This document shows positions 1-12,200 of a stretch of DNA of 64,000 bases, one piece after another (within the stretch, counting starts at the first letter, position 1; each line of letters opens with the position of its first letter). Origin of the DNA: Takakia lepidozioides (lineage: Eukaryota > Plantae > Bryophyta); the NCBI GenBank assembly GCA_030704615.1, contig CM060731.1, forward strand, positions 59,396,001-59,460,000. The letters are read 5' to 3'. Below the pieces are notes generated by a model. The model was not told where the DNA came from, searched no databases, and worked only from the letters and a program-made list of their open reading frames with translations. A program made the position numbers and the translations under genes.

Positions 1-357
1 ATCAGTCAGCCCTGCATAATCACGATGGCGGCAGTAACCTTCTAACCAGTGACATGAAAAAACCTAATTGGGCATTTAGGGTTAGGGTAATTTAAGATTT
101 AGGGTGTTCCTTTAGGGGTTTTTTTTATAAATTTATTTAAATGTTAGAGAACAGGGGACAGATTAATTTTATTAATAAAGATGAGGAAAAAATAACCTCA
201 GATACAACCATAAGGATGAGAAAGGGGGCACTGCCCTCTGACATTTAGGGTTCAAGCTTGCAACAGATGAAACATGCCAATAACATTTGATTTTTCTTTT
301 TTTCGTTTTTTTTTAATGGGAAGGAAGCCCTTTAGATCATTAATAAAGGTACCAACA

Positions 358-600
358 GTCAGTAGCTGAGTTGGTATAGTGCACTGAGTGCCATCCGGAT
401 GACACTGGGGTCAAATCCTGCTACTTGACAGGTGTGGTACGCTCTTCTCCCCCTTCCCTGCGCAGTGTCGCAACGAAAAGCCTTACGGCGAGGTTACTGA
501 GAGGTTATTTTCTCCTCTCTCTATCAAGGGGCCTGATTTGTGAGTTGTCGCTCCCAGGTGTTTCCCTTTCTTCTTCTTTTTTTTTTAATTTTTTTAAAAG
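358..600 (+). mobile_element. tRNA-derived SINE-like element
   Basis: A-box-like TAGCTGAGTTGGTA and B-box-like GGTCAAATCC. The body GAGGTTATTTTCTCCTCTC...AAGGGGCCTGATTTGTGAGTTGTC.CTCCCAGGT recurs in reverse complement at ~60640-60710. T-rich 3' end. Confidence 0.55.
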
Positions 601-2559
601 GGTGTCCTGGAAAAATTAACCAGGACAGGGGGCCGTAAGGCTTACATCTTTTGAAAGATTGGGTCACACCCTAACCAAGCCCCAAGGGCAAGCTAAGCCA
701 TCAAGTTAAGAACTAGAACCTGGAGCCCTGAGGAGTTCAGGACGCTAAGCTTTGGGAAGGGGATTGGACAAAAAGACCCCCAAACTTGAAGTAAGAGTTT
801 AATCAGGGCTACAATCCCCCTGTTTTAAGAATGTCACTTGGAATCTCCGTTGCGTGTTTCTACACACAAAGCAATGTAGTTAGATACTTGGTTGTCAACA
901 ACACGGTGGGCAGAGTGATGGTGATGGTGGGTGGATGGATGTTGATATTTCATCCATCCACGCTGTGTCTCTGCCATCACACCCATCGTCCAAGCGACAA
1001 AGACGTGTGTTAAGTCGGTGCGGAGGTGGCACGTGCGGCACACTCCAGAAGCACCACCCTGACAAGTACTTTGTTTGTTGGCCGGCCACTGCAATCCACC
1101 TGGGTGGTTCTGGGTTCAAATTCTGGCTACCATTAACTGTCAGGTACTTAAGTGATTCCGGACTCAAATCCTGGAATGTACCACAGCACATGCCGTCCTT
1201 TTACCCCCACCTGGAGCCTTTGCAGGTGCGCCCTAAATGTGCCATAAACACGAGTACATTGCCTGCCACAAGTATCAATGTCGGTCTCACTCATCAGTGT
1301 CATCACTGCACGGCTGCGCTGGGCCCACACACGTGGCAGTTACACACATATGTATTGTGTACATACAGCAACACACCAAAAGCTGCCAACGTTCAAACCG
1401 AGAGCAGTAAAATTAGACTTGAGATTGGGAGTGACATGGAAGTTAAGTTGCAAATGCATGACTGGAAATGATAACAGTTTAGCGGATGCCACACTAAACG
1501 GGCTCCCCAACCGAACAACAATTACAACTTCACTTACTGTAACTGAAAATGGTGATTATCAAGTTGTGAAGGCAGTGTGATGATTGTGGACTGAATTGCA
1601 AGTAAAACCCTAGAGTACGTAAACGGGCAGTACATAAATGGGTGTGCAGGAGCCTGGAGGGCAGCGGCTAAGTGAAGGCTCATCGCAGAGGGGAGTTGAG
1701 AGCTGAGAGCGCAGTGATACACGCAGAGCGCACTTGCAAAGCGATGGGCGGGGTGATGAGGAAGCAGCGGCGGCAGAAGCGAAGGAGTGCGATCTGCGAA
1801 TGTTGCATCTTCGGCTTTTTCGCCATGGATCACCTTGCAAGCTGGCCTTCCCCTTGGCTTGGGATTTCCTGCGTAGGCTCCGCTCTGCCGCTGAACGCAT
1901 CGCTTTGCATGCTTAGGCTTGTGAAACACTGTCGATAATCGTTCTCCCACATTGCATCCATTTCGCGGGGCGGAGGCTTCTCAAAAATCGCTGATTTCTC
2001 TAACCAATCCCAGTTGTCTGTAAAACCGCCGATCACTTCGCACCAATTAAACATCACCTGTCTCTGTGCGTATTAGGCATTACCTGTCACGCTGATCATT
2101 GTGCAAATTGGGCCGTTTGATCCAGTTCCGCTTGCAGCCTTCTTTCCAATCGTTCTGGTTCTCGATTTATCACTTGTACGCACAGTCCGTCTTCGTTCTC
2201 TTCATTTTCGGTGGTGATCCATTACATGTATTCATTCTATTTGTTGCTATTGCTTCTACCAGATGCATAGTATTTGCATGCACTTGATGTCTACTTCATT
2301 TCTGCAACTAGATCAGCACTGTTCAAACTTAGTTGCTGTCTCCCTCCATTACTGTACAAGTGTGATCTTTGATCTGATGTTCTATTGGTTAGCAATTTTC
2401 CACATAGCTGATTCCATTGTTTGGCCTTCCTCCTGATTTTTGCTTTAGCTCTCTTGCACTTCTTCCATATTTGGTATTCACTGTACATGCGGTTTTGTCT
2501 ATTCTGCTATTATGCACTCTGCACATGTTCACTCACAGTATTAAGGAGGCCCTGGCGTT

Positions 2560-3250
2560 AATCTCATGTCTAAAAAGAGTGTAGACCTGTAGTGTATGGA
2601 AGACTTCACTGTCAGAAACGTCTGGTGTATTGTGAGAGAGCCATGGTGGGTGGGGGCTGAGAGCAGCAGCAACTTGTGTGGTCAACCGTTTTTCTATCCA
2701 TAAAACGTCTTTGATGTGTTGAAATCAATTAGTCCAGCGATAGAGTAGGGAGCTAATGGGTCTGGTCCATCAGCTCGTCAAAAAGGAGGTGGTGAATGGA
2801 GGTGCTGACAATGAAAATTTGAGGTCAGTAACCAATGTATTCATGTATTTTTACTTTTCACAGGAAAGGAGACTTTGAAATGCAATTGATAGAGGTTATG
2901 GAAAATGATTGGGTAGACCCAACTTCAGCAGGCTACTACTGCCAACAAGTTCACATTTAACAGCAAGCTATGAACCTTGGCTATGAAAAAAGCTGAGTAC
3001 TAAAGCTAGGAGAAGCTATCAGCCTTCTAGGATTGAGCTAAGAACACCAGGAGCCACCGGCTCTATGTAGCAAAGCCAAAGCATCTCAAGAAAGAACAGG
3101 GGGGGACTAGAGAACTAGAAATGAAAATGAAGGAGAGCTTTGCTACAACAATCCTGAAGCTATCTAGAACGTAGAAATCCGCATGGCTGAGAGGGCAGAA
3201 AGCTCGTTAGCGCTTGCGGGGTAGCTCCTCTCAGTTTAGATTCGCCTTCT
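2560..3250. repeat. Left arm of a long diverged inverted repeat (partner ~5330-5950)
   Basis: Blocks such as GGAAGACTTCACTGTCA, GGCTACTACTGCCAACA, GCTATCAGCCTTCTAGGA and CGCATGGCTGA match the reverse complement of 5330-5950 in colinear order. Confidence 0.7.
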
Positions 3251-3285
3251 GTGTGGACCTGTATAGGTGAAAAAATAACTGAACG

Positions 3286-3399
3286 TTGAGTTCTTTGAGT
3301 CCTAGCGATGCCTGTGGAGAGGTTATTCGAGGAGCAGGAACTGATTCACCTCTCCACAGACATCTCTCCACAGACATCGCTAGGACTCAACGGACTCAA
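3286..3399. repeat. ~35-bp-stem hairpin
   Basis: TTGAGTCCTAGCGATGCCTGTGGAGAG pairs with CTCTCCACAGACATCGCTAGGACTCAA. Confidence 0.75.
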
Positions 3400-3517
3400 G
3401 AGGATCCATTCACGAAATGTGGTTTGGATGCATTCTCCCTTGTTCTTCCCCTGTGAAGCGAACCAACGCGAACCAACGGCGAGACTGCTTTGCACAATAC
3501 GGGCCGCCTTGATGGCA

Positions 3518-3655
3518 GTGACTCCACCTTTGGGTCATGATTGACTATCCAATAGTGACTCCACTTTTGGGTCATCGGATTGACTATCCAATATATACTC
3601 CAGTGGCAACCGCCCAGTACTATTGGATAGTCAACCCGATGACACAAAAAGTGAA
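3518..3655. repeat. Two ~38-bp direct repeats plus an inverted third copy (hairpin)
   Basis: GTGACTCCAC(C/T)TTTGGGTCAT..GATTGACTATCCAATA twice, then TATTGGATAGTCAACCCGATGACACAAAAAGTG. Confidence 0.75.
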
Positions 3656-4331
3656 ACAACTACCGGATTCAGAATGGACGCCGAATCCTCAATCCATGCC
3701 GTTTCGCAAACACTCGAGCAAGCAGTCCAGAATACTATAGAGGCCACTACAGATGAAGTGGAGATACAAGTCGAAGAACAGCAACATTCTGCAAACGTCT
3801 ACAAACTAGATCTTCCCAATCCAGATCTTCCCTGGCTCAGTATTTGCACAACTAAGGATGGTAGTCTGATCAGGTTCGGGAAGGACTGTCGCCGTCACCA
3901 TCATCTTCGTCCCACTCTTCTCTTCCTCGTTCACACTCCAATAACCACTTCAATGACCAGCCCGACATGTCACAAATATAAGCAGTCTGTTGCACATATT
4001 ACAAACCAACAAGGATATCTCTCCTATCTACCTTTCTCTGTCTCTCTTCTGATGAGGGCCGGGCACTGGGAGGTGAGGAACGACAAACCAAAGATCGGGA
4101 AGTGCTCTCTGTGCGCAGTGATGGAGGTTCAAGCGTTTAAGTAGTGTGGGTTTCTAGGGTTCGTGATGCTCAAAGCCACCATGGCATGTTATGTAGCATG
4201 GCATACATGTTATGCATGCCTACACAGGTTGGTTTGTGATTAGGAGAGTAAAGGTTCAGGGTTCAAATTGGAGAGTAGGTGTGTTGCAAGGATTGATGGG
4301 GCATTTTCTTGGGCTGATAACGTTGGAAAGG

Positions 4332-4640
4332 CTGTCATGTTCATTATTCCTGCCGCCTTTGTCTACTGTTCCAGGAAGGAAGTCCCTGATTTCTTAGTTC
4401 TTCCTTTTTCCTTTTCTTTCCTGCTCTTTCGGTGGGAGATTCAACTGTCTATTCGGCATATAATTAATCTCTCACAGAGACAATCCCTTGAGTTTTAGTT
4501 GCCTTTGGGTTGTATGTTGCCCTTCTCTTTCTTGTTTCTTGACGTTATGAAGTACCATATCATTTCATTTCCTCCTCTTGTCCCATCAGCTCTGTGAGCT
4601 TCTCGCGGACGTTATTGAGTATCATTTCATTTCCTTCTTT
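4332..4640 (+). pseudogene. Inverted duplicated fragment of the TMEM104-like gene (exon AVMFIIPAAFVYCSR plus intron with LINE tails)
   Basis: GCTGTCATGTTCATTATTCCTGCCGCCTTTGTCTACTGTTCCAGGAAG matches the reverse complement of ~7030-7082, followed by the same intron start and LINE 3' tails found at 6600-6930. Confidence 0.75.
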
Positions 4641-5329
4641 CCTTCACCCCCTGGCTCTAACTAATTCCTTCTCTCTCTCAACTTCTCTATGGACCACTTG
4701 CTAAGGTCACAAAATCAGGTTGCACTTGTCTGAACCTGCTCCTACAATCCGATAGCATCCCCGGCCACACAAGAGAACCTGCTCGCTTGGCCAAAGCCTC
4801 TGCCTTCGATAGACTCCGACATGCAGGCCGAGCACAGAGCCGTGGCTGGCGACCGTAGAGCCGCAGCAGAGAACCCCAACCATAGGTGCCCCAGGATGTA
4901 GTTCTGCATATTGTGAAGGAACTGGAAACTGGACGCTCGGTGAAAAATACCATCAAAAGTTTAGCCCCATATCGTTTGCGCAGAAAGTCGGAGCAAGTAT
5001 AAATATGCCAACGGGCCGCTGACTTAGACGACTATACTTGAACAGGATCTGTTCTATAGTGCGTACATTCGATCTGACAGTTCCGTCTCAGACAAAACTC
5101 ACAGCCCGGACGATGAGTCGTGGCTCGCCGCCCTGAGCGCGACTGCCGCCGGGATGCTCCGGCCTTGGCCGGAGCCCTCGGCTCGATGAACGTCCCACCC
5201 GCTCATTCCGCGGGTGGTGATGGGCGGCGAGTGTTCTGACGGGTCTACTCACTTTTTATTTTCCCTCTGACATCGCTTGTTGTAGACATGATAGGACATG
5301 GAAGCAATTTGTTTGTAATTTGGAGGAGC

Positions 5330-5950
5330 TGCGCCGCAAGCGTTAACGACATTTCTGCGCGATCAGCCATGCGATTTCTCTTCTAGCTTCAGTCTGGATT
5401 TAGCAGCTCCTTCATTTTCTCGTCTTCTTCTCTACTTTCCCTGGAGATGCATTGGCTCTGAGTTCTACAGAACTGGTGGCTTCTCACATTCTTAGCTCAG
5501 TCCTAGAAGGCTGATAGCTTTAGTACTCAGGTTTTTTCATTTGCAATGTTCATAGCTTGCTGTTATATCAGTGAACCTGTTGGCAGTAGTAGCCTACCTA
5601 AGGCGTGCCCCAGTGCTACTACATCATTTCTTGACAACTGCCTCAATATGGTCTCCTGTTGTTGTGATTTTTCCCATAACCTCTATCAATTGAGTTTTCA
5701 GAGGCTTTGCCCCTTCTGCTTTAACCAAAAAAACATGAATACATTGGTTACTGACCTCATTATTTTCATTCTCACCACCTCTGTTTAGACGAGTTCCCAA
5801 CTCCATTGCTACTACTAGTCGTTCGAAGTTCGAACACTCACATTTAACGAACAGAAAAAATGTTTGACCTCAACCTCTAGCTCACGAAACACTCTTGACA
5901 GTGAAGACTTCCACACACTAAAGATCTGCACACACTAATTTAGACATGAA
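5330..5950. repeat. Right arm of the long diverged inverted repeat (partner ~2560-3250)
   Basis: Same matching blocks as the left arm, reverse-complemented. Confidence 0.7.
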
Positions 5951-6233
5951 CACGAAAGATACAGGTAGGTGCTAACATTGCTTACTTGCAGACATCATAG
6001 CACATGGAAGATGTGTGCTCCAAAGACAAGCACTTGCCCGATAGGCTAGAGATGTAGTATTAGGAACCGGTTGTGTACCCTGAGCCCATTATTACGATGT
6101 GCTTCGTACATGGGGGTGAATGACGAATCCACAAGAGGAAGTTAGCCACTCTCCAAATGGACGTTTGATCCTGTTTCTTTTCATTTACAGTTCGACAGTC
6201 TACAATCTACCTAGCTTTTACATGGGAAACAGA

Positions 6234-9200
6234 TTAGAGAATTTTTTCAAACCATTGAAAAGTAAAGCCACACCTGCCCAAGCCCAGATTGTGTATACCC
6301 AACCTTGTCCCCAGAAAGGAGATGCATGGAAGTTACTGGGCACAGTCCCCTTGTGATTCTGTGCTAGCATGTAGGCCTCTGCGAATACTCTGCATCAACC
6401 AAACAAAACCCACATAGGTCGTTACAAACACTCTACACAAATATTGCACAACAGATGTCAAGAGTCCAGTGTGAAAATAAGCCAACCATTCGCACTTTCT
6501 TTTTGAGGGAAACTGTGACATGAGAGACAGGAGAGAGAAGGAGAACATTTGTTATGGCCACAGGAAGCCTGAAGGCCTTTGAAACCAAAACGAATTTCCA
6601 GAGAAATGAAATGATACTAAATCACGTCGAGAGAAAGAAAAACATCTTTGTCCATAGAGAGAAAGGAAAGGAAATGAAATGGTGCTTTATAACGTCCGCG
6701 GAGAGAGTGAGAGAGAGAAGGAATTACGGGGTGGAGGAAAGAAGGAAACGAAATGGTACTTTATAATGTCCGCGAGAAGCTCAAAAAGCGTATGGGTCAA
6801 GAAGAAGAAAGAAACAAGAAGAGAGAAGGGCAACAAACAGCCCAAAGGCAACTAAAGCTCAAGGGATTGTCTAAAAGCCAATGCTTCATGCAGGTAAGCT
6901 GCCAAGCATTTCTGATCCTCGTGTTGGAAGGGATTGATTATCCCAGATTGGACAGTTTATCTCCCACTGATCTCATAGTATAAAGGGCAGGGAAGAAAGG
7001 AAAGAGGAAGGAACTAAGAAATTAGGGACATACTTCCTGGAGCAGTAGACAAGGGCAGCAGGAATAATGAACATGACAGCACAGCCAGCAAAGGCCCCTG
7101 TCAGGCCAACAAGCTCATCCACCGAAATATTTGAATGCTGCCATCCATTGTCCAATTGTTAGTCACTGCCTCCTATACAGAGTCACTACTGTACCTACTT
7201 ATACTCCCATTATCGAGTATTTTTGAGGTGGTTCGACCTGTCTCTGTACAATATTCTCCCCAAAGAACACTTCTTCTACTGCCCTCTATACTACGAGATC
7301 CGTGGGAGATTCCACTGTTTATTCAGTGGAACCCAAACTCTCACTGATGTCTTCCACTATGAGGATCAAAAATGCTTGGCAGCCTACCTGCACGAGGCCT
7401 TCACCCTTAGACAATCGCTAGAACATTAATTGTTATTCTTGGTTTCTGGATTTGTTCCTCTCTCATGTTTTCTTCCATTTTGTCCCATAAGCTCTATGAG
7501 CTTTCCGGGGACGTTATAAAGCACCATTTCATTTCATTTGTCCATAGCAATACCATGCCATCAACATAATTCATCGATGTCATGGCTTCCAGAGATTCGA
7601 CTCTGACTCAGGTGTGATTTCTGCCAGGGAAGATGGCAAGTTGTATAAATCTGTGACAGAAGAGACAGGGAAGAAATCTGTTGGTAACACCACCAAGATG
7701 ACACTTGCAGTAAGTAGAACGGTGAATGAAATTCTAAATTTCACATGATGTGTCAGGCAACTTGTCCTTTTGGGCTGCTGGGCGGGCGGGCCCTGATGCA
7801 AGAAAAAAACCTCATAGGTCCAGTAATAAAATATTTCAAGGGCATATTCTGAAATACCTCCATTCCCTGCACTTAACTGAATGATCATGGGCAGGGAAAA
7901 CCTCGGCAAAGTAGCTGAATAAGGTGGGAGGAAGCACAGCCAGCAATGTAAGGAGACTCTGCCAGCGCCAATCTTCATGCTGGGCTTTCTTTGCAATCAC
8001 CAATGTTGACTCCACCTCCATTGACCCATGCGTTGCTGCAAAAATTTATCCGTAAGTTTCTTTCATCACCTGTATTGCCAGGCAAACAGAGACAATAACC
8101 TTGCAGACATAATAGGGACCTGCCAAATACAATGCATTTAAAGCTGTTACAACCAATTCAATTTCTTTTGAAAGGTAGCACCACCAAACCAAAAGAAAGG
8201 AAGAAAGTCCCCTCCCTCAAGGAGAACAGACCTTTTTGAGACATGAGTTGACACATAATTCCAAGGTTGTTGCGCAAGGTAATGGAGAGCATGGGAAAAT
8301 TGGACGACAATGTGAACACTGGCCACCCAAAGATCCCCACAGGCTCAAGTTTTTAGGTTACAAATCTCTTTGCCCTTCAAAATCCTGTAGGTACAAGAAC
8401 CAAAAGGTACACCAAGCAAAATGATTTTTCCATCTATTGGTGAGAAGAATTTATCACATACCTGGAAAAAGAATGAGGGCATCGCCAACAAAACCATATT
8501 CTGACCCATGTTGTTAAGGATACACTTAGATGCAACAAACAGTGCTTTGTATGTGATAACTTCTAGAGAGGAACCCATGTTTCGGACACAAAACCTCTTG
8601 ACTCTCAAAGGGATACTCGCAGGAGGGAAATTAAACGTGATTGGGTCCATGATGCCAGTGCCTACAAAATCCATCCAAAGAGGACGTCAAAATGGCTACC
8701 CTACATAGTCAACGACCCTGACAACACAGTTACATGGTTGCTTGACAGTTACATAAAAAGTGCAGGCAATGACACTAACCACCCTCACGGCTATACAATG
8801 CCCATCATAGCAAACTTACTTGAAATTTTGAGGAACACAAAACAGAAGAAAGAAACCCCCAAGCAACATTACATGCTGCTTTATGCACAATTCCACAGCT
8901 TCATACCATACTGACTCTTATTCTAAACTGAAATTTTATGATATCATACTCTACTTTTAAATAGAATACATTCATCCCTTGCTTCAGAGTAGTAAGGACA
9001 TACCAAAAGCGAGCCCACTGGAGATGAAGAGAAGCATGTACACGACAAGCACGCTCACAAATGCCATCGCTGTGATGTGCATTACATGTGCTTTGTCTCG
9101 CATGGGTGTGATGATGCTTGGCAGACTGCATCCACCACTCCCACAGGGGTTTTGCTGTTACTGCCGAGTCCAGAAAGTACTTGTAGGTACGTGTATGGTG

Positions 9201-12200
9201 TGAACATGGGATGAATGATTTTGCACGCTGCCTCTAGCTCCACATTGACAGTCCAGCAGACATCCTTAAAAAGGGCCCAACCAAGACCTTACGATCTGTG
9301 ATACAAATGTTGCTCACATACCTGTGGTGACACATGAAAGAATACACAGCTCCTCCAAAGAGATTTGGCAGTGCTCTGCAAAAAGACGTGCTTCCTGTGA
9401 GTTTGACATTCCTCTGAGCACTAAAAGTGCAGTATGAGGGCAAATTCTAGAAAGTGCTTTCTGGGGCCTTTTGCACTAAAGCCTACCTTTTGTTCATTAG
9501 GACAAATGCAGCATGCTGCTAAAATCTTCAAATGTCCACAGTATGCCAGTATCAAGGGCTAGTTCAGCAGTTTGACTGCTAATAGGAACCACCCTCCTGT
9601 ATCTAAGCAACAATTAAATAGAAGAGCATCCACAGCAAAGCAGCTTACGAGATATTGAAGCGCGGAACATCCTCATCATGAGGGCCTTTCTTTGCGACAG
9701 CCAGGATTGCCAATATGATCATGCTGCACTCAGACATTCACACAAGTGAATCTAGAAATGCGGGATACTCATTTGAACTTCCCTTTTATGTCACAACGTA
9801 AACTCCTTTAACGTAGACCACAACAACGGCCGGAAACAGATACATACGTGTTAAGTGAAATGTTGCGAATAGCCTGCGTCCATGCACCAACAACAATACA
9901 TCTTCAGCTCCTCCCACTTGATTGGGATGTGATGGTAACCATGCACCATTGCATAAGTTTTGTTATAAGAACATTGACAGAGTGCCTTGAGAGTATGCAT
10001 CTGTCTCCAGAGAACATCTCTATAATTATCAAAGATTTGTCAATTCACTCCTTTCTGTGTGTTTGATTAAGTTTGCTACAACTACTCCCAGGTGCCTATA
10101 ACGTGCCAGCAGCTCTACTGTTCCAAAATCGCTTATTCAGTTTTCCCACAGATGCACAGTCCCCAGCCTTGTTAGTAAGAAAAGTAAACACTTCTCCCGA
10201 CAGAAATTTAGTGATGAGAAAAGTGGATGGTGGAAAGAAGGCCCAGCACATAGTTCTCAATGACATACAGACGTCACTGCCATGCTGGTCCAGAATTCCT
10301 GATTGCATACATCAGAACAAATCACATCCCCATATCAACCCATATGCACAGGTGCCCCAGACGTACCACAGTTATAATTTGCAAAACTTTTGTCTTTTGG
10401 AAGTCGAAAAAGCTGCATAGAAGCAAATGCTGAGGTCTATCAGATGGGAGTCTATAATATGTATAACCAGGACCCAATCCTGGTTGCTTTGTCAGCCTAC
10501 TAAGGACATCAAAATAACTAAATGTCGCCCAAAGAGAGAAAATAAGGAAGAAATTTGTTATGCCTACGGGGCCCTTGGACTTACAAATTCAACATTAAAT
10601 GAAACACAAAACAGCAGAAAAAAGAAGAAAGAAAGGGACCTTTATAACATCGTCAAAGAGCAGAGTGAGAGAATAGGAATCATACTGTGTCCAAGGAGGG
10701 GGAAGAAACAAAGAAACTTTATAGCATCCACAGGGGCCCTGAGGTAGGGTTTAGAGAGCTTATGGTACAAAGAACCAGAACACTACCACTAGTCAATAGA
10801 AAAGAAGAAAAGAATCCTGCAGCTCAAAAAGCTTAAAGTAAAGAATATCCCTCCACAGCAGAGGGAGAGAGAGAGAGCATAATTACCAGAAAGGTAAACT
10901 GACGAACAGAAAGATGGTCAGACACAAGTCAAATGCCCATGGTTTGGGAGTGGAACCAAAGAAAAAGGCCACCAGTGAGCGAGCCACCACAGTGCTATAA
11001 ATGACTGAATCTCCATATAAATATAACTGCACCACAACTGCGAGCTCTGAGTTTCCCAACTTATGTCTTAGGTCCTTCTACTTGAGACACTAGACATTGC
11101 ACCAATCAAATTGAATATTACTCTACTTGTATTGGAATGCATGAAGAGTGGGAAGGAGGCACATTACAATCAAAGCAGAGTAGAACAATATAATGCCCCA
11201 CTGGTTGAAGAACAGACCCTGCAGCCAGACAACCACACTTAGCAACAACTGTGGTAAGCACATTCAACACCTCAGATTTACTTATCTTTCAGAAAAACCT
11301 GAGATTTACAGAAGACAAGAGCTGCAGACAATGGTCAAGTAGAAGGCCAAGGCAATTCTTCATGGACTCAACCTGTCAATTGAATTGTGCCATAGAGAAG
11401 AAAAGACTGATTTGGGTTGATTTGGAAGTACAAGCCCATATTTCCTCATTCAATTTCCTTCGACTTTCAACAATACCATAACAAGGAAAAGTCTCAAAGA
11501 TTCATATATTTGTACCCGAGTTTATTTCTCCGACTTATACCGCACAAAGAATTACGATGTGGAGTAGGAGAAGCGTAAGAGAAACGCACGGCCATTTCAC
11601 CGAGTTCTGTCCGTTTCGTGATCTGGAACAATTGATTCTCACTTAGTGAAGGAAGGGGTGGTGACTCATCATGGAGGGCACCATCCTCTGAAAGGAGTGC
11701 GGAGTTCTCACTCACAGCACTTTTGCCAACAAACCCATTCTCGCCCTGCAACAGATACACAGAAAGTAAGTACAATTATATTCCCTGTAGGCTGATGACA
11801 TTTTCTGTGACAGAATCCAACAAACCAGCTAAGATCAACAGAGGAAACAATGGCTAGAGCCATTAGCTTGGCGGTCAGATATCCAAACTTCACGGTGTTT
11901 GGCCTCACTCAGGTCCCATTTTGTGATACTTTCAAGTGATAAGAAGTTGGCCTCATGGCATGGCCCTAAAACACATTACATCGAATGAAATTGACCACTG
12001 TTGCAAAATTAAATCACTAACCAAAACCATTAGACAATGCATTATCCCATCAAATGATCTCCCAATAACTAGGCTGTCTACAAGAACGAATTCAATGCCT
12101 CAGAAGTGCTCATTGAGTCTGCAATATACCCTGCCCTGAAGTCGAAGAAGAGCATTGGCAAAGGCCATAGACTCCAGCATAAATGTCACAGTAACATAGC

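Noticed and set aside
70-125. Telomere (TTTAGGG-like units)
   Set aside because: Only a few scattered, degenerate units; not an array.
358-425. Functional tRNA genes here and at ~41772, ~60362 and ~61135
   Set aside because: A/B boxes are present but the acceptor and anticodon stems do not form; treated as SINE heads.
831-2500. Protein-coding gene among the ORFs at 831-2500
   Set aside because: No recognisable domain or consistent exon structure; probably a decayed repeat.
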